Assembly: GCA_002633005.1 (NCBI GenBank) | Contig: NMRA01000143.1 | Span: 439,402-503,401 of the forward strand | Length of the DNA stretch: 64,000 nt | Direction of reading: 5' to 3' | From: Phoronis australis | Taxonomy: Eukaryota > Animalia > Phoronida | Part shown: positions 1-12,303 of the stretch, piece by piece | Numbering within the stretch: the stretch's first letter is position 1 | Layout of the letters: each line of letters opens with the position of its first letter | The notes under the pieces: model-generated | What the model saw: only the letters and a program-made list of their open reading frames with translations | Told to the model about the DNA's origin: nothing | Databases searched by the model: none | Program-made: the position numbers and the translations under genes

Positions 1-979
1 TCTTCCATGATGGTCCTGTTCAGTCAGAAATTCACCGACTCTGGGTAGTACGAGTCCGTACTCTGGCACGGGCCTGGCTTTGTGAGGTAGTTTCCTGTAT
101 CTCAAATTTTCAGTGGTGTCTTTGACATAACTCACTCAAGCACAAAGCTGTTGTGATCGGATTTTTTGCAGAATAAACTCTAAAGGAACATGAAGACCCA
201 TCGTCTGCCATTTTGTCTTTTTAAAATGCACTTGCTTCTCTCAAAACCAGTCATTATAAATATCAATTCTTACGCCTTTAATTTTAAAGGCATTTATTGT
301 TTAAATTAACCTGATAATGTAAAAGAAGTGAAAGAATACAAGAGGGTTACACGTACATTTTTATGAATCCTCAAGCTTAACCTCAACTGAATCCCTCAGT
401 AGGCAAAGGTCATCGGGTTCAGTTTTGATACTAGCCGCGTAATAAACCCGGAAAACATCTTGTTTTCATTTGAAAGAGTTTAGACTTGTTTTCTATAACT
501 ATTTAAGGCAGACTTCTTGCCTAAAAGTTTGTTGAAATGGCCGGTCTGTAAACTCTGCTCGTCATTTCCAAACTATGATAATAGACAGTTTTGCAAGACA
601 ATTTTCACTGAAGTACAAAGTTGAGGCAAGATTTTTTATTGCTTAGTCATCAAGACTAACTCTTTAACTGTATGTTCAAAACGTCACATAAATCTACAAG
701 GTGTTTTATGGCAGTAAAAAGGTCACAAAAATGGCCACTAAAATTAGCCCCAAAAAGTGGTCTATGGATTATCTCCCCTGTCTAGCACAAAACTGTTAGA
801 TTTTAATAAATGACACAGAATTATGCACAGCATACGTTGGTTATTTCAGCCACCAAAATATATCTTTTGATCTATTTTGTATGTTACTCATTTTTGTTGC
901 CGAAAACATGCGATTTTTGTGACGGCTAATATGCCCAATTGTGCCAATTTGTGTTATCATGCTCCAGCGGCGAAATTAG

Positions 980-1115
980 GGGTCATTGAGTGCACAAAAT
1001 TTGGCATTTGGGTTTTTGTTAGGATACCTACCCATGTACAAAAAATGAAGTTGTTCTAAATTTTGACATATAGACTGATTTTTGAAAATCTACTGGTTTT
1101 TATATGGACTGCCTC
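980..1115. mobile_element. right end of a TTAA-type element related to 62085-62775 (left boundary not determined)
   Basis: CTGGTTTTTATATGGACTGCCTC|TTAA matches the 62753-62779 terminus. Confidence 0.5.
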
Positions 1116-2131
1116 TTAAGTCTCTCACCTTGTTTGGCTTCAAACAGTTGTGTCAAAAATGTGTTCATCATATATTTCTAATTTTATTTAATTCGTTTTT
1201 TATTAGGTGTCCCTGCATTTTGCTTATTTTTACCCCATCCAAAGTATTTTGATGATTTAAGCAGTCTAGCATTGGCCTTCTGCTTGTCTCTCGATCTTCA
1301 CCTTATAAATTACATTTGAGCACACTAAGACACTGAAATCAATAAGTAAAGGTGACTTGAAGATGATCAGAATTTGATCCTATTACAAACTGTGTGGTAC
1401 ATCCTGTCTAAGGGGAGCCTGTACAACAGATAGTCGTAATAACCGTCCGCAAAGGTCAGTTTGTTTTCATGATTGTCTGTCAGATATATAGCACTATTTC
1501 TAGACATCTATGTGAAGATCACAGGGCATGTAAGTAGCTAGTACTTGTTTGTGTAAGTCTCATGGCCTAGTTTATAATCATGTTAGACAATTATTGTTAA
1601 TAATTCTATTATTTTTTGTGTAATTATTTCGGCAATTGATCACATCTGTAGTAACTGTTAGCCAATTTTGTAATCGTGAAAATTATGTATCTATTATTGG
1701 TTGTTGTGATGGTGGTAATTATTGTTATGAAATATCCAATATTGAACTAGGTGCTTGTAAACCAATATACAGACCTTTGAGTTACTATGTACCTGCAACA
1801 TAAGGTCCTTTCCTAGTAATGTTTGTCAACTCGTCAATGTTTTGGGGAGTTGCGGTCAGTATGAACGGTTAGCTCTGCCCCTCCTCTTGGCGACTGCAAA
1901 AAAATAAAACAGCAAAAGCATGAGGAAATATTGAGTTTATTAATTAACCCCAGTAATTAATATTATATAGCCATAAGAAGATTTGACTATATGTAAAATT
2001 TTGGTTTGTGTGTGCGTTTGGGAGCTCAGACCCGATTTCAAGTGTCCGATTCAGACAACTGGTACAATCGTAACGGTAACTATGGCTAAGTAATTGAAAA
2101 GAGGTTTTTCATGGTCTCGGTGAAAGTATGT

Positions 2132-2267
2132 TGTGAGTGAAATCAACTTACTCGTAGACCTTGGAGTTGGAGTTCGAACATTTCGAAATGTCGTTGAAAA
2201 AGAACTGTAGAGCACCGTTTGAAACGTTCGAACTCCAAGGTCTACGAGTAAGTTGATTTCACTCACA
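2132..2267. repeat. long inverted repeat (~47-bp arms)
   Basis: TGTGAGTGAAATCAACTT..ACTCGTAGACCTTGGAGTT..CGAAC versus GTTCGAACTCCAAGGTCTACGAGTAAGTTGATTTCACTCACA. Confidence 0.9.
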
Positions 2268-3391
2268 TTATGGCTAAGTAATGATGCTCCCGGTCGTTTT
2301 TCACAATATCCCACACGACAGGCAGTGGTACTGTGCACTGCCACAGTCCATTTCCATCGTCTGCTCCACCATGCAATGAAGAAAATTACTTCGTCTTATG
2401 AAAGAGCACAGAACTGAGTGACGATGAGGAAATGGAAGCTGATGGTACGTTGTAAAGCAGGTTCAGAATCAAGAGCGTTTTTAGTGACAACTTGACGAAT
2501 TGAAAATGTCGGATTCCATAATGCGGTCTGGGTCTTGGGATTTTGCCACGCAAATTGCAAATTATAAGTGACCTGGTCAAACCAGAGCCATTGAAGGCTA
2601 ATTATTGTTATTTGTTTTCAGATGCAAAAACAAAATTTTCACTTGTGCTGAAACCCCATTCCAACCCCCTCTCTTCATTCGGCACTAATGACGACCCATA
2701 GGCTGCATTTCGTTAAATTCATATGTGAGCAGTTGGGGATGCTTGCTTACTTAGTATCAATTTTTATTAAGCCAGTCTGTAATTTCAGCAATTATTTTTA
2801 CCTCAAACTTAAGAATTCCTAGTGGTCTTAGTTTGTGTTATTTGATATGCAGTAGTCATCATTCAAAATGAGAGCATAACTGGTAGTTATTTTTGTGGTA
2901 AATATCTGAAAAATTGCCAGTGTTCCAGTAACCATAATTTTGCTCTCATCTTCCCTCAAGACTGTTTCTAGTAATTTGTGCATGATGGTACATTAAATGA
3001 GGTCATATAAACATTGTCATTATGTTTGCAGTTAGATATTTGCTGTAGAGGATTGGAAGATAATTGCTGTAAAGAATTAAATGTGAGATGACTTTGTACC
3101 CAAATGTTTCGATGTTGTTTGGTAAGAAAAGTCTTTTCACTTTTAAATGTGTGATTGCATTATGTATGGGGTGGTTCCTATGCCCTTGGAGAAGCTTATG
3201 GCAGTATTTTTGATGTGACGAAATGTGAAATAGGGGACTTTACATAGTGGTGCTCTCTGGAGTAATGAGAGGTTGAAAGTGACTTTCTATTGATTCTGAC
3301 TCAAATTTGGTTCATGAATTAAAAATCAGAGGAATCGATTCCACTGCCAGTCCCTCCCTTTGTGTGACTAGTTTAAGTTCACTAATTTATT

Positions 3392-3911
3392 AGAGACGTT
3401 TCGCGAAGCCACGTGATAATAATAGTAATACCGGGTCATACATGCCTTTGTTGGCTGTGACTAATCCCAATTGTGTTTGAGTATTTTAGCCGAATACAGA
3501 GAGATTTGCGTCGCTTTAAACGCGAAACCTGTGGCCCCTTTATCAGATATAATTTTGTGTTGGTGAATTTTTTTACATGCTTAATTTTCATGCATCTATC
3601 TGTTTTAAAGTGCAAATAAATTTCATATTCTAAGATTTGACCATTTCTCGCTGGAGTTCGTAGAAACGACTTTCAGGTAAAAGAAGTTGCATTGACAGAG
3701 TGACTTTTAAGTTTTTAGTAAACTAGCTGACATGTACTAGGCTCACAGTAACTGAACACCCTGAGCTCAGTTATTTAGTTCACATTTACTTTCACGTTCA
3801 CGTAAACATTTAGCTGTAACAAAACCCATTATTGTTACTGTAACGTGAATCGGCACGTGTAGTTAAATATGCGTAATAATTCACAATCACGTTGCTTTGC
3901 GAAACTTCTCT
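3392..3911. mobile_element. MITE with ~26-bp TIRs (PIF/Harbinger-like or TA-type)
   Basis: AGAGACGTTTCGCGAAGCCACGTGAT ... ATCACGTTGCTTTGCGAAACTTCTCT, flanked by ATT on both sides. Confidence 0.75.
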
Positions 3912-4887
3912 ATTTATCATTTTTACACCAGCTGGTGTTTCGAAATTATCACACTTTATAAGGCGCCGCTACTGGCTTTGTTGGTGGATACTTCTTCGCA
4001 GTGGGAAATGTATGGATGATGATGTCCTTGTTCATCTATTGATCTTTCAAAATGTAATGCCTTTTTCATAAGGCATTTGTACAGCCCACGGAAGAGTAGT
4101 GGAAATTTGGTGGAATTGCAATAGCAGAAAAGGTGTTAAAACACTGTTTATACCTGTAGGTTGAATTATCTCCTGTCTGCATTACATGGGATCTGTAGGT
4201 GGCACTTAACGCATGCCCACCAAAGACCTGATCGCCATCTGGTGGGCTAGTGAATTTCAAAATGGCACGGCTATTTCGAAAGGCAGCTCTTTTTACCATC
4301 CTTATTTTGGCTGATGCTCATTTGTTTTATTTCATCTGTGAAACCAGCTTTATAATGAAATAAATGTTTTGTCCAATTTCGATGTAAAATACCTGCCTAC
4401 GAATGATACAATGTTTGCAACCGTGAGTAAAAAACGAGACAGGTTTTGAAAGTGTTATTTTTGATTTGGAAATGAAAATACTTAATCCAAGTTTTCTTCT
4501 GTTGATATAATTAGGGTGTACAGTCCTTTGTTAAAGGAGACACAGGCTTCTTACACTATGAGCTTTTTGTGGTGTACAGTCGTTTGCTAAGGGAGACCCA
4601 GCCTTCTTATACCCTGGAGTTATTTCTCTTTCAATAAAGTTCATTTCACTCATTCTGCACATATATCGCACACTGCAAGAGTCCTCGAGTTTGGTGCACA
4701 AATGGGAGCATTATGAAATTGTTTTGTGTCCTCTACATACTGCAAACTAAGCTAATGATAGACTGGGCTTTTCTTTATCGGCTTTTGTGGAACAATTGGA
4801 CAAAAAATTTCGCTTCATACCAAGAATTGTACGATGAGAGTTGGCTTACCTCAAAACCCAACTGCTGCCTGGTGGCTTGGTAATTCG

Positions 4888-5670
4888 CCCAATTATGTTG
4901 CACACCCAGAAAAGTTAATGAGGAATATAGTATTGCAACATTAAACGTTTTAAGTTGTAAATGTCACATTTCTTGTTCAATTTTCAAAATTCAAAATCCT
5001 AATCATGTGCTTTTCCTGAACTATTCAGATACGCTTTTAATAAACAAAAATTAAAAAGTATTATTCTTGCCCCCATTATGTTTATGGTAGGTCGCATTAT
5101 CTAGAGAATGATAATATCAGCAGCGTGAGTTGATTTAATTAAATTTATTTATTTATTTAGTCAAACTTCTTCAAAAGACTGGGTGACCACTTCAGTGGCC
5201 CAGTCAGAAATGATTACATGAAATAAAATACAGAGAGCTATGTACAATTTGATTGAAAAGATTAATGAAAAAATAAATTATGATAAGCTGAGGCCTACAG
5301 TCCCGAATTGCACAGAAAGTCTTACTGGTATTATTTTTGTTTGAAAACGTGGACATTGAGCCCATTCGTGACGACAGTCCCCAACCGGTTGTAAGTGATA
5401 GCACCTCTGCAGGCAAAACTTCTTTTACTGCAGTTTTTTTAGGTTTATCTGGCACCAGGCGGCCAGAAACCCTCCTTCTGGTGAGAATCTCTGACTGCTT
5501 TGTTCACCATAAGGTTTAAATGAAAGGCACACCTGCTAACTGGGCTGTATACATAACAATGGCATATGGTGTCTTTGATCTGAACTGGCAGAATCAGGTA
5601 GTGTGCAAACCAGTCAAGTTGCCCAGTCTTGACTGGTTATTGTGTCAGTGTAGGGTTCATTTCATGTTAT
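4888..5670 (+). repeat. dispersed repeat shared with ~29054-29430; this copy has ~420 bp extra (~5127-5550)
   Basis: Shared blocks CCCARTTATGTTGCA.ACCCAG, TTTTCAAAATTCAAAA, CTAGAGA.TGA.AA.ATCAGCAGC, then CCAGTC.AGTT.CCCAG. Confidence 0.65.
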
Positions 5671-5791
5671 CCACCCTATTGTATGCTAAATATGTGAAGA
5701 TTTGTTGTAAGTCCATCAGTAATAGTTCTTGACATATTCAGCGCACAGTGTGGGATGAAAGTGCTATTTAACTACGGTATGGCAAAGTTTT

Positions 5792-5989
5792 CAGGGCTTG
5801 GAATTTTCTACTTTTTAGAGAATTTCCTCCTTTTTGGTTTTGATTCCATCTTATTTGATTTTCAGTTACTCTTTGCTAGTCTCTTTTTATTTTGGTTAAA
5901 TTTTGTAACACAAAAATATTTCTATCATACAAGCCTATTTATTTGTGGAACAATTCATCACCTGGAAATTTTGTTCATTCCAAGCCCTG
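5792..5989. mobile_element. ~200-bp MITE with CAGGGCTTGGAAT TIRs (hAT-like ends)
   Basis: TIR pair; related copy at 46138-46357; no clean TSD. Confidence 0.65.
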
Positions 5990-6001
5990 AACTTTATACT
6001 A

Positions 6002-7594
6002 CCGTAGACGTTCGGGTTAACGTCCTGGGCAGTTAAATTGGCAAACCCAAAAAATCGGGGATGGGCGGTTAACCAAACATGGGCGCTTAAACGTGAAATT
6101 TCAAGAAATTCAGGGTGGGCGGTTAACCGAACATGGGCGCTTTTTACAACAGGCAACCACCCTGGGCGGTTAATATTTATTATTAAGTCGTGATCTAAAT
6201 CCCCACACCACACACGTGATCGGAACGCGTAGCACTTTTCAAAGAGCGTTATCGTCACATCGCCACATGACGAGAAAAATGTCATAACAGCGGATGATCC
6301 CAACAAAGGTTCTCTTGCCCTCAGATTAGTTATTCACTATTAAATTTACAGAATTGCAGAGTAATAGCCCCATGCCATCCTGCGGTCTTGTTACTTTGCC
6401 CTGTAGAGCGCAGACGACCAGTGACCACACAGCCTCTACTCGGATTGCAACTATTTCAAGATGTGACCTTGCTAAAGTGCGCGCGTGCAAGCTTCACGTG
6501 TTGCAGAGGTCACAGCAGGCATCAAAGTTATGGTTACGGTCTCGTACTAGCTGCCAAGTTCATAGCAGTTTTAAAATTAGTTGTAATAAAAGTTTGAAAA
6601 ACTTAATTCAGATTTTTTTGTGTTTGGGATGTTTCTAGTCGTCACTCCGTGACTCAATGACATTTTCAGGGTATGGTTCTGCGAATAGCTGTTTTATCTC
6701 GACCGCCCGGCATTGCTCATTTTGCCCTTGCGCCAAACATGCTCAGCAAAGAAGTAGGCCTAAGACCAGAATCGGGGTTAAGCGGGCCGTGAGCCATTCG
6801 TCAATCAAGAATATAATTTCGAGCCACGGCATAAACATGTGATAAAATGCCACAAAACAGCGATGTTTAAATTCATTCTGAAACGATCACCTTACCAAAC
6901 TTCGTGGTGGAAAAACATCTATTTTTCATGCTAGATGTCCAGATTATCCTATTTATATCACTTGCAATATCACACTGCGGCACTGTTCGGTCCTGCTGTT
7001 AGAGCGCAATGTCTCAGCCGGCTGACAATCGAGACTTGGAAATGCCGTCAAGTAATATAAACGGCCTCTTTCAATATGCATCTCGTTTTTATGGCCAAAG
7101 ATAGCGGCGGTATTCAGCACGCACGTAGGGCCTACGTGCGAGTCACGTGTCAATCACATATTGGTGTCAAGGTAACATGCACTCCAAAGTGTGGGAACTT
7201 GCGCGCATGCACCTCTAAAAAGTCACACATCAAAAGAGAATAGCGACAGTCCTAAGTAACAAAAACAGGCGTGACTATTTACTTTCAAGCTGTTGTTACG
7301 AAAGACCCAGTTCTTTACGATATTCCTCCAGTGCCAATGTTCCCCAAAACTGCGATGTCAAGTCTATTCTGATATTTCCCGGCTCGATGCGCCCTAAGCC
7401 CATGCTCGTAGCTAGCTGCGTGAATCTCCTATCCACTATCGCCAATTTTCAGTCAGTCTACGTCGTAGATATTTCAGACTCGAATGGTAAGAATTTATGT
7501 TCATGCTGAAACTGATCAATGTATAAACAAAATTATTCTGGATGGCTAAAAGGGGGATGTGGAAACGACAATTCACGTGGAGGCTGACGCAAGA
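6002..7594. mobile_element. family A transposon, truncated copy (left ~1.6 kb)
   Basis: Begins TA|CCGTAGACGTTCGGGTTAAC and is colinear and highly similar to 16310-17878. Confidence 0.9.
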
Positions 7595-7716
7595 ATAGTT
7601 TTTATGCGCCCACATATTTATATGTAGACGCATTATGCCGTCATCTCCATCCGTCCGTCCGTCTGGGCGGTGTCCGTCCAGCGTCCGCTGCTTTATCTCT
7701 AAAATCCTTTGACATA

Positions 7717-7898
7717 CCGTAAACGTTCGGGTTAACGCCCATGCTCAGTTAACCGCCCACCCCCTACTTTAGGTGGATTTTCGATTTAACCGCCCACTGC
7801 TCGGTTAAGCGCCCCCCTGCGATTTTTGAAGATTTCCAGTTAAGCGCCCACCTCTCGGTTAAGCGCCCATCCCCGACTTTTAAAGAATGAAGATTTAG
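7717..7898 (-). mobile_element. family A transposon right end in inverted orientation, running into the gap
   Basis: Reverse complement of ~18555-18734, preceded by TA. Confidence 0.85.
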
Positions 7899-8830
7899 NN
7901 NNNNNNNNNNNNNNNNNNNNNNNNNNNNNNNNNNNNNNNNNNNNNNNNNNNNNNNNNNNNNNNNNNNNNNNNNNNNNNNNNNNNNNNNNNNNNNNNNNNN
8001 NNNNNNNNNNNNNNNNNNNNNNNNNNNNNNNNNNNNNNNNNNNNNNNNNNNNNNNNNNNNNNNNNNNNNNNNNNNNNNNNNNNNNNNNNNNNNNNNNNNN
8101 NNNNNNNNNNNNNNNNNNNNNNNNNNNNNNNNNNNNNNNNNNNNNNNNNNNNNNNNNNNNNNNNNNNNNNNNNNNNNNNNNNNNNNNNNNNNNNNNNNNN
8201 NNNNNNNNNNNNNNNNNNNNNNNNNNNNNNNNNNNNNNNNNNNNNNNNNNNNNNNNNNNNNNNNNNNNNNNNNNNNNNNNNNNNNNNNNNNNNNNNNNNN
8301 NNNNNNNNNNNNNNNNNNNNNNNNNNNNNNNNNNNNNNNNNNNNNNNNNNNNNNNNNNNNNNNNNNNNNNNNNNNNNNNNNNNNNNNNNNNNNNNNNNNN
8401 NNNNNNNNNNNNNNNNNNNNNNNNNNNNNNNNNNNNNNNNNNNNNNNNNNNNNNNNNNNNNNNNNNNNNNNNNNNNNNNNNNNNNNNNNNNNNNNNNNNN
8501 NNNNNNNNNNNNNNNNNNNNNNNNNNNNNNNNNNNNNNNNNNNNNNNNNNNNNNNNNNNNNNNNNNNNNNNNNNNNNNNNNNNNNNNNNNNNNNNNNNNN
8601 NNNNNNNNNNNNNNNNNNNNNNNNNNNNNNNNNNNNNNNNNNNNNNNNNNNNNNNNNNNNNNNNNNNNNNNNNNNNNNNNNNNNNNNNNNNNNNNNNNNN
8701 NNNNNNNNNNNNNNNNNNNNNNNNNNNNNNNNNNNNNNNNNNNNNNNNNNNNNNNNNNNNNNNNNNNNNNNNNNNNNNNNNNNNNNNNNNNNNNNNNNNN
8801 NNNNNNNNNNNNNNNNNNNNNNNNNNNNNN
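7899..8830. other. assembly gap
   Basis: Run of N. Confidence 1.
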
Positions 8831-11101
8831 ACCTCTGTATTTTCATAGGTCTTCAGGTGTATACTTTGTGTTACTTCGTGACTATGAAGGAAAAGTTCCA
8901 AGTAGAAATTTGTTTCTGGCATTCTAATGCTGTGCTAATCTCGTATGTTGGTAAATTTGTTTTTAATTCTATGTTTCTGCGGTGCTTTAAGCAACTGATG
9001 TATAGGATGTGCTTGTATTATGAAGATCACTCACATTTTGTCCCTAGCCTATTGAGGAGACAATGACCATGCCTTTCCATTTTGCAAAGTACAACATACT
9101 ACATATATGCCCTCTACTGGCCACTTTATGGTTCCAATAAACAACCCTAGAAGGATACCGTATACGGTGCAATTGTGGGCGAATTTCAACGCTCTGCGTT
9201 GCTTTTGTTGTAATTATATTCATTTTTTTTCGTGTATTGTCATTTCATTTGTCTATATTGTAAATTAAGTTACATTTTCTTGACATAGTCTATTGTGTGT
9301 ATGGCATAACAGTGTTCTCGGGTACAAAATTCATGCCTGTACTCCAACATCTATCGACATACTGTGGGGAGCTTTTGTATTAACAAAGTCTTACAATAAA
9401 TGTATTGAACTTGTAAAAAAAGTTTAAAATGTCCCAATTTGCTTAGGACACTTCAAACTGGGTGCATGAGTTTTCAAAATCAACACAAGGAGGACGAACT
9501 CGACAAAGCGATATAATTCAATCTCGATTCAGTGTGGAGTCAAAACAGGTTGTTCAGCATAATAAAAGCAATTATATCACACACTGTGTCCATTGTTTAC
9601 AGAACCATTGCATGCATTCTCAAGAGGCATCTTCAACATGAGATAATATTGGTATAAACAAAGACAGGAAGTCTGAGGGTGTGTCCTGTACACTGAGTGT
9701 TCAAATGTCTTGGGATATGCCTTGTGATTGGACGCCCAATCCAGTGTTGGAAAACATTTCACTTGCAAAGGCTCGTTGGAATTCCGATTTGACTGCACTC
9801 TTACTTTTTTTCCTTGAATTAACAAAGAATTTGGTAATCGAGTGGAGAACATGCAGTTGCCAGGGATTATTTGCTTTAAACCACTCGTCGCCTCAAAGCT
9901 CGCATTGAGTGTTTTTTGGAAAGAAGGAAGCAATAGTACCTATTGGCTCCTTTTCAGGAACAAAAGTGACTTAAAGAAATTCGCTGATTCGGAAACAGCG
10001 CTCAGGGTGCTTTTTAGGAACATAAAACGAAATTACCGTTGCCCAGGGAGCTTTTTAGGAAATCTTCGGTATTAAAAAGCGACTTAAGCCAGGAGCTAGT
10101 GACAACGTTGTCGAGGCAAAATGACCAGAACTTTAGTTTCTATAGCTTACTTAAAATTAAAAATTACTCGAAAGTGAAACGAATGTGGATATTTTGTTGT
10201 ATAACCTTGTGAAAGTAGGACTCCGGTTCAAAGTTCACCTGACCATCACTCCGCAACTTTAGCTGCAAAATTACAGAAAGTACCGGCTATGTTTTCACAC
10301 TTGTTATGATTTTATGAGAGATTCTTTATTGATTACAAATGTCAGTCTAAAGACTTATCTAGTGTTCAGTGATTCCACACTGGGGCGTCTCACAGATCGC
10401 AGGGTGGGTATAAAACGCAAACTCGTCCCAGTGAACTGTTAGCAGTTAGGTGCACGAACTCGACTCAATCAGCTTTGCTAGCCAGACGAGGTCCTTGTTA
10501 TGTTGTTCAAGCCTCATTTTGCCATTTTAAGAATGTTCTATTGTATGGACTTCATGAGCTGTGACATAAACATGTACGGGTACTCTATTATGACAAATAT
10601 TTTTGATATCTTACTCCTTGAGCTCTATCCCAGACACTTAGTGCAGTTGCGGGAAACTAGGAGTTTTATTTTACCTTCAGAAATTCTTCTTATGTTCGAA
10701 GGCGAAATCATCACTTGCCAATGAAAAGAAAAAGGTTGTAATTCATGTGCAAAGTGATAGCCCTACTATAGCTGAACGTGCTCGTTTAGTTAATGAGTGC
10801 TTGTCATTAAAATCGATTATTCATGAATATCCTTTAATTGTGTCTGATGGTGTGAATAATTTCACAATTAGGTACGTGTTCTACTTGAAACGGGCATTAA
10901 ACATGTGCGTTTTGTCCTAAGAATCAATTTTTGATTAAGGCCACGAGCCGTTATTAAAATTGCCGTATTTTATTCTTTTCCTTGTTCAGAAGTGAGATCT
11001 GGTCTTGTGAATAACTGACCGATGTTTATGGCTTTACACTCGGTTCAGTAAGGCTTAGGTCACGCTGTAAACTTTAAGGTTTCTGATCAGAAATTGAATA
11101 C

Positions 11102-11376
11102 CAGTGGCGGATTTAGGGGGGAGGGCAAGGGGGCCATGGCACCCCTAAAATTCTAACACATACACACATCCAGGGGGGCCCGAGGGGTGAATAAACAGTG
11201 CATAGACCCTGAACAAAACCCGTTTACCGTTTTTTTTCTTTAGTCAAACGGTCCGCAAACCCAAAAATTCGAGACCCCTTCATCCTACAGTTTAGGCTGG
11301 GCACGCGTGTCTGCCGAAATTCTGGTTACTCCTGTGCCCTGGCCTCCCCTAACTCAAAATCCTGGATCCGCCCCTG
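11102..11376. mobile_element. MITE with CAG(T/G)GGCGGAT TIRs and 5-bp TSD (AATAC)
   Basis: AATAC|CAGTGGCGGAT...ATCCGCCCCTG|AATAC; second copy inverted at 48344-48642. Confidence 0.85.
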
Positions 11377-12091
11377 AATACAGCCTAGAACTAGAAAGTT
11401 AGTGTTTGACATAAGAACATGGCTTGTGGACACTTAAAGAACAAGGAAATTCAAGTCTTCTACGCAGTTTGTGTGATAATATAAAGTCACCTTTTGTCAA
11501 AAATGGCTTGAAATTAATGATGGTGGAAACCATTGTTGATGTAAGTATAAAACATGTTGACTTGTAAATTTTATGGCAGTGTGCCAACGACATCAATTAT
11601 TGTCAGAGGGATGGTACTACCACTCCCGGCATTTTGCTCTCATTTCCTGGAAACTTGATTTGTTGGTCTAGTTTGAAGGAGGCGATTTTGACTTGATCTA
11701 AACATTGTTTTATGGAAGAAAAACGTAAATTCTGAATTACAAGTAATTACGGAGTACAAACATTATGATCAGTCTTCCGTTGCATTAAAAAATAATTACC
11801 TATTTCATTTTTCGGATTTTGTTGGTGACATTCTAATATGCTTTAAATTTTGTTTAAAGATAGCTGAATCATGTTTTTAATGAAGTAAAAATTCCAAACG
11901 TTGAATAACTAAAAATGAAGTAATCTAACATTTGTTAACTAAAAATTAAGAAACTAAATTTAAGTAACCAAAACTTTGTTAACTAAAATGAAGTAAAAAA
12001 AATAAGCATCTAAAACTCCTGTTTGTTTGTGTGCTGTGTTGAAAAGCGTTTTCTCCATTTACCTTTTCAGTCTTTTCCTAAAAGCCAAAAG

Positions 12092-12303
12092 ATGTCAGGT
12101 GACAAGTTGAACTTGTCTCGTACTCTGTCGCCCATTCATGATACTTCCGTCTCATCACTTCCTGTTACACCCTCGCCCCAGAGTTCCATGCCTCACAACA
12201 GTAGGAGGCGATGTAGTAGTGGACATCCCAGCACAGTGGGCCAGGGTGCGGTACAAGCCCTGGTGGGCCGTACATTGCTCACGGTACCTGCAGTTGTGCA
12301 CAG
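12092..12303 (+). CDS. GRAMD2-like N-terminal coding exon (MSGDKLNLSRTLSP...VPAVVHR)
   Basis: Acceptor ttttcag at 12070, ATG 12092, Ser/Pro-rich frame, strong donor CAG|GTGAGT at 12303/4 in phase 2, matching the phase-2 start of exon 43776. The frame is open back to the acceptor, so an upstream exon probably exists. Confidence 0.65.

Larger units (their letters stand above)
7599..9207 (+). mobile_element. HINE-like element pieces: 5' end 7599-7716, 3' end after the gap to ~9207
   Basis: 5' end matches 37460. 3' end TGTGGGCGAATTTCAACGCTCTGCGTTGCTTTTGT matches 55941-55975. Continuity across the N gap is assumed. Confidence 0.6.

Noticed and set aside
2402-2450. Acidic stretch (STELSDDEEMEAD) with G|GTACGT donor as a possible first exon
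   Set aside because: In-frame stop just upstream, and its phase-1 donor does not match the phase-0 acceptor at 12070; might be a UTR exon but unsupported.
5935-7633. Cluster of ORFs duplicated at 16264-17954
   Set aside because: They lie in non-autonomous transposon copies, frames are broken by indels between copies, and no transposase motifs are visible.
7764-8922. Two 360-aa ORFs
   Set aside because: Artefacts of translating through the N gap.
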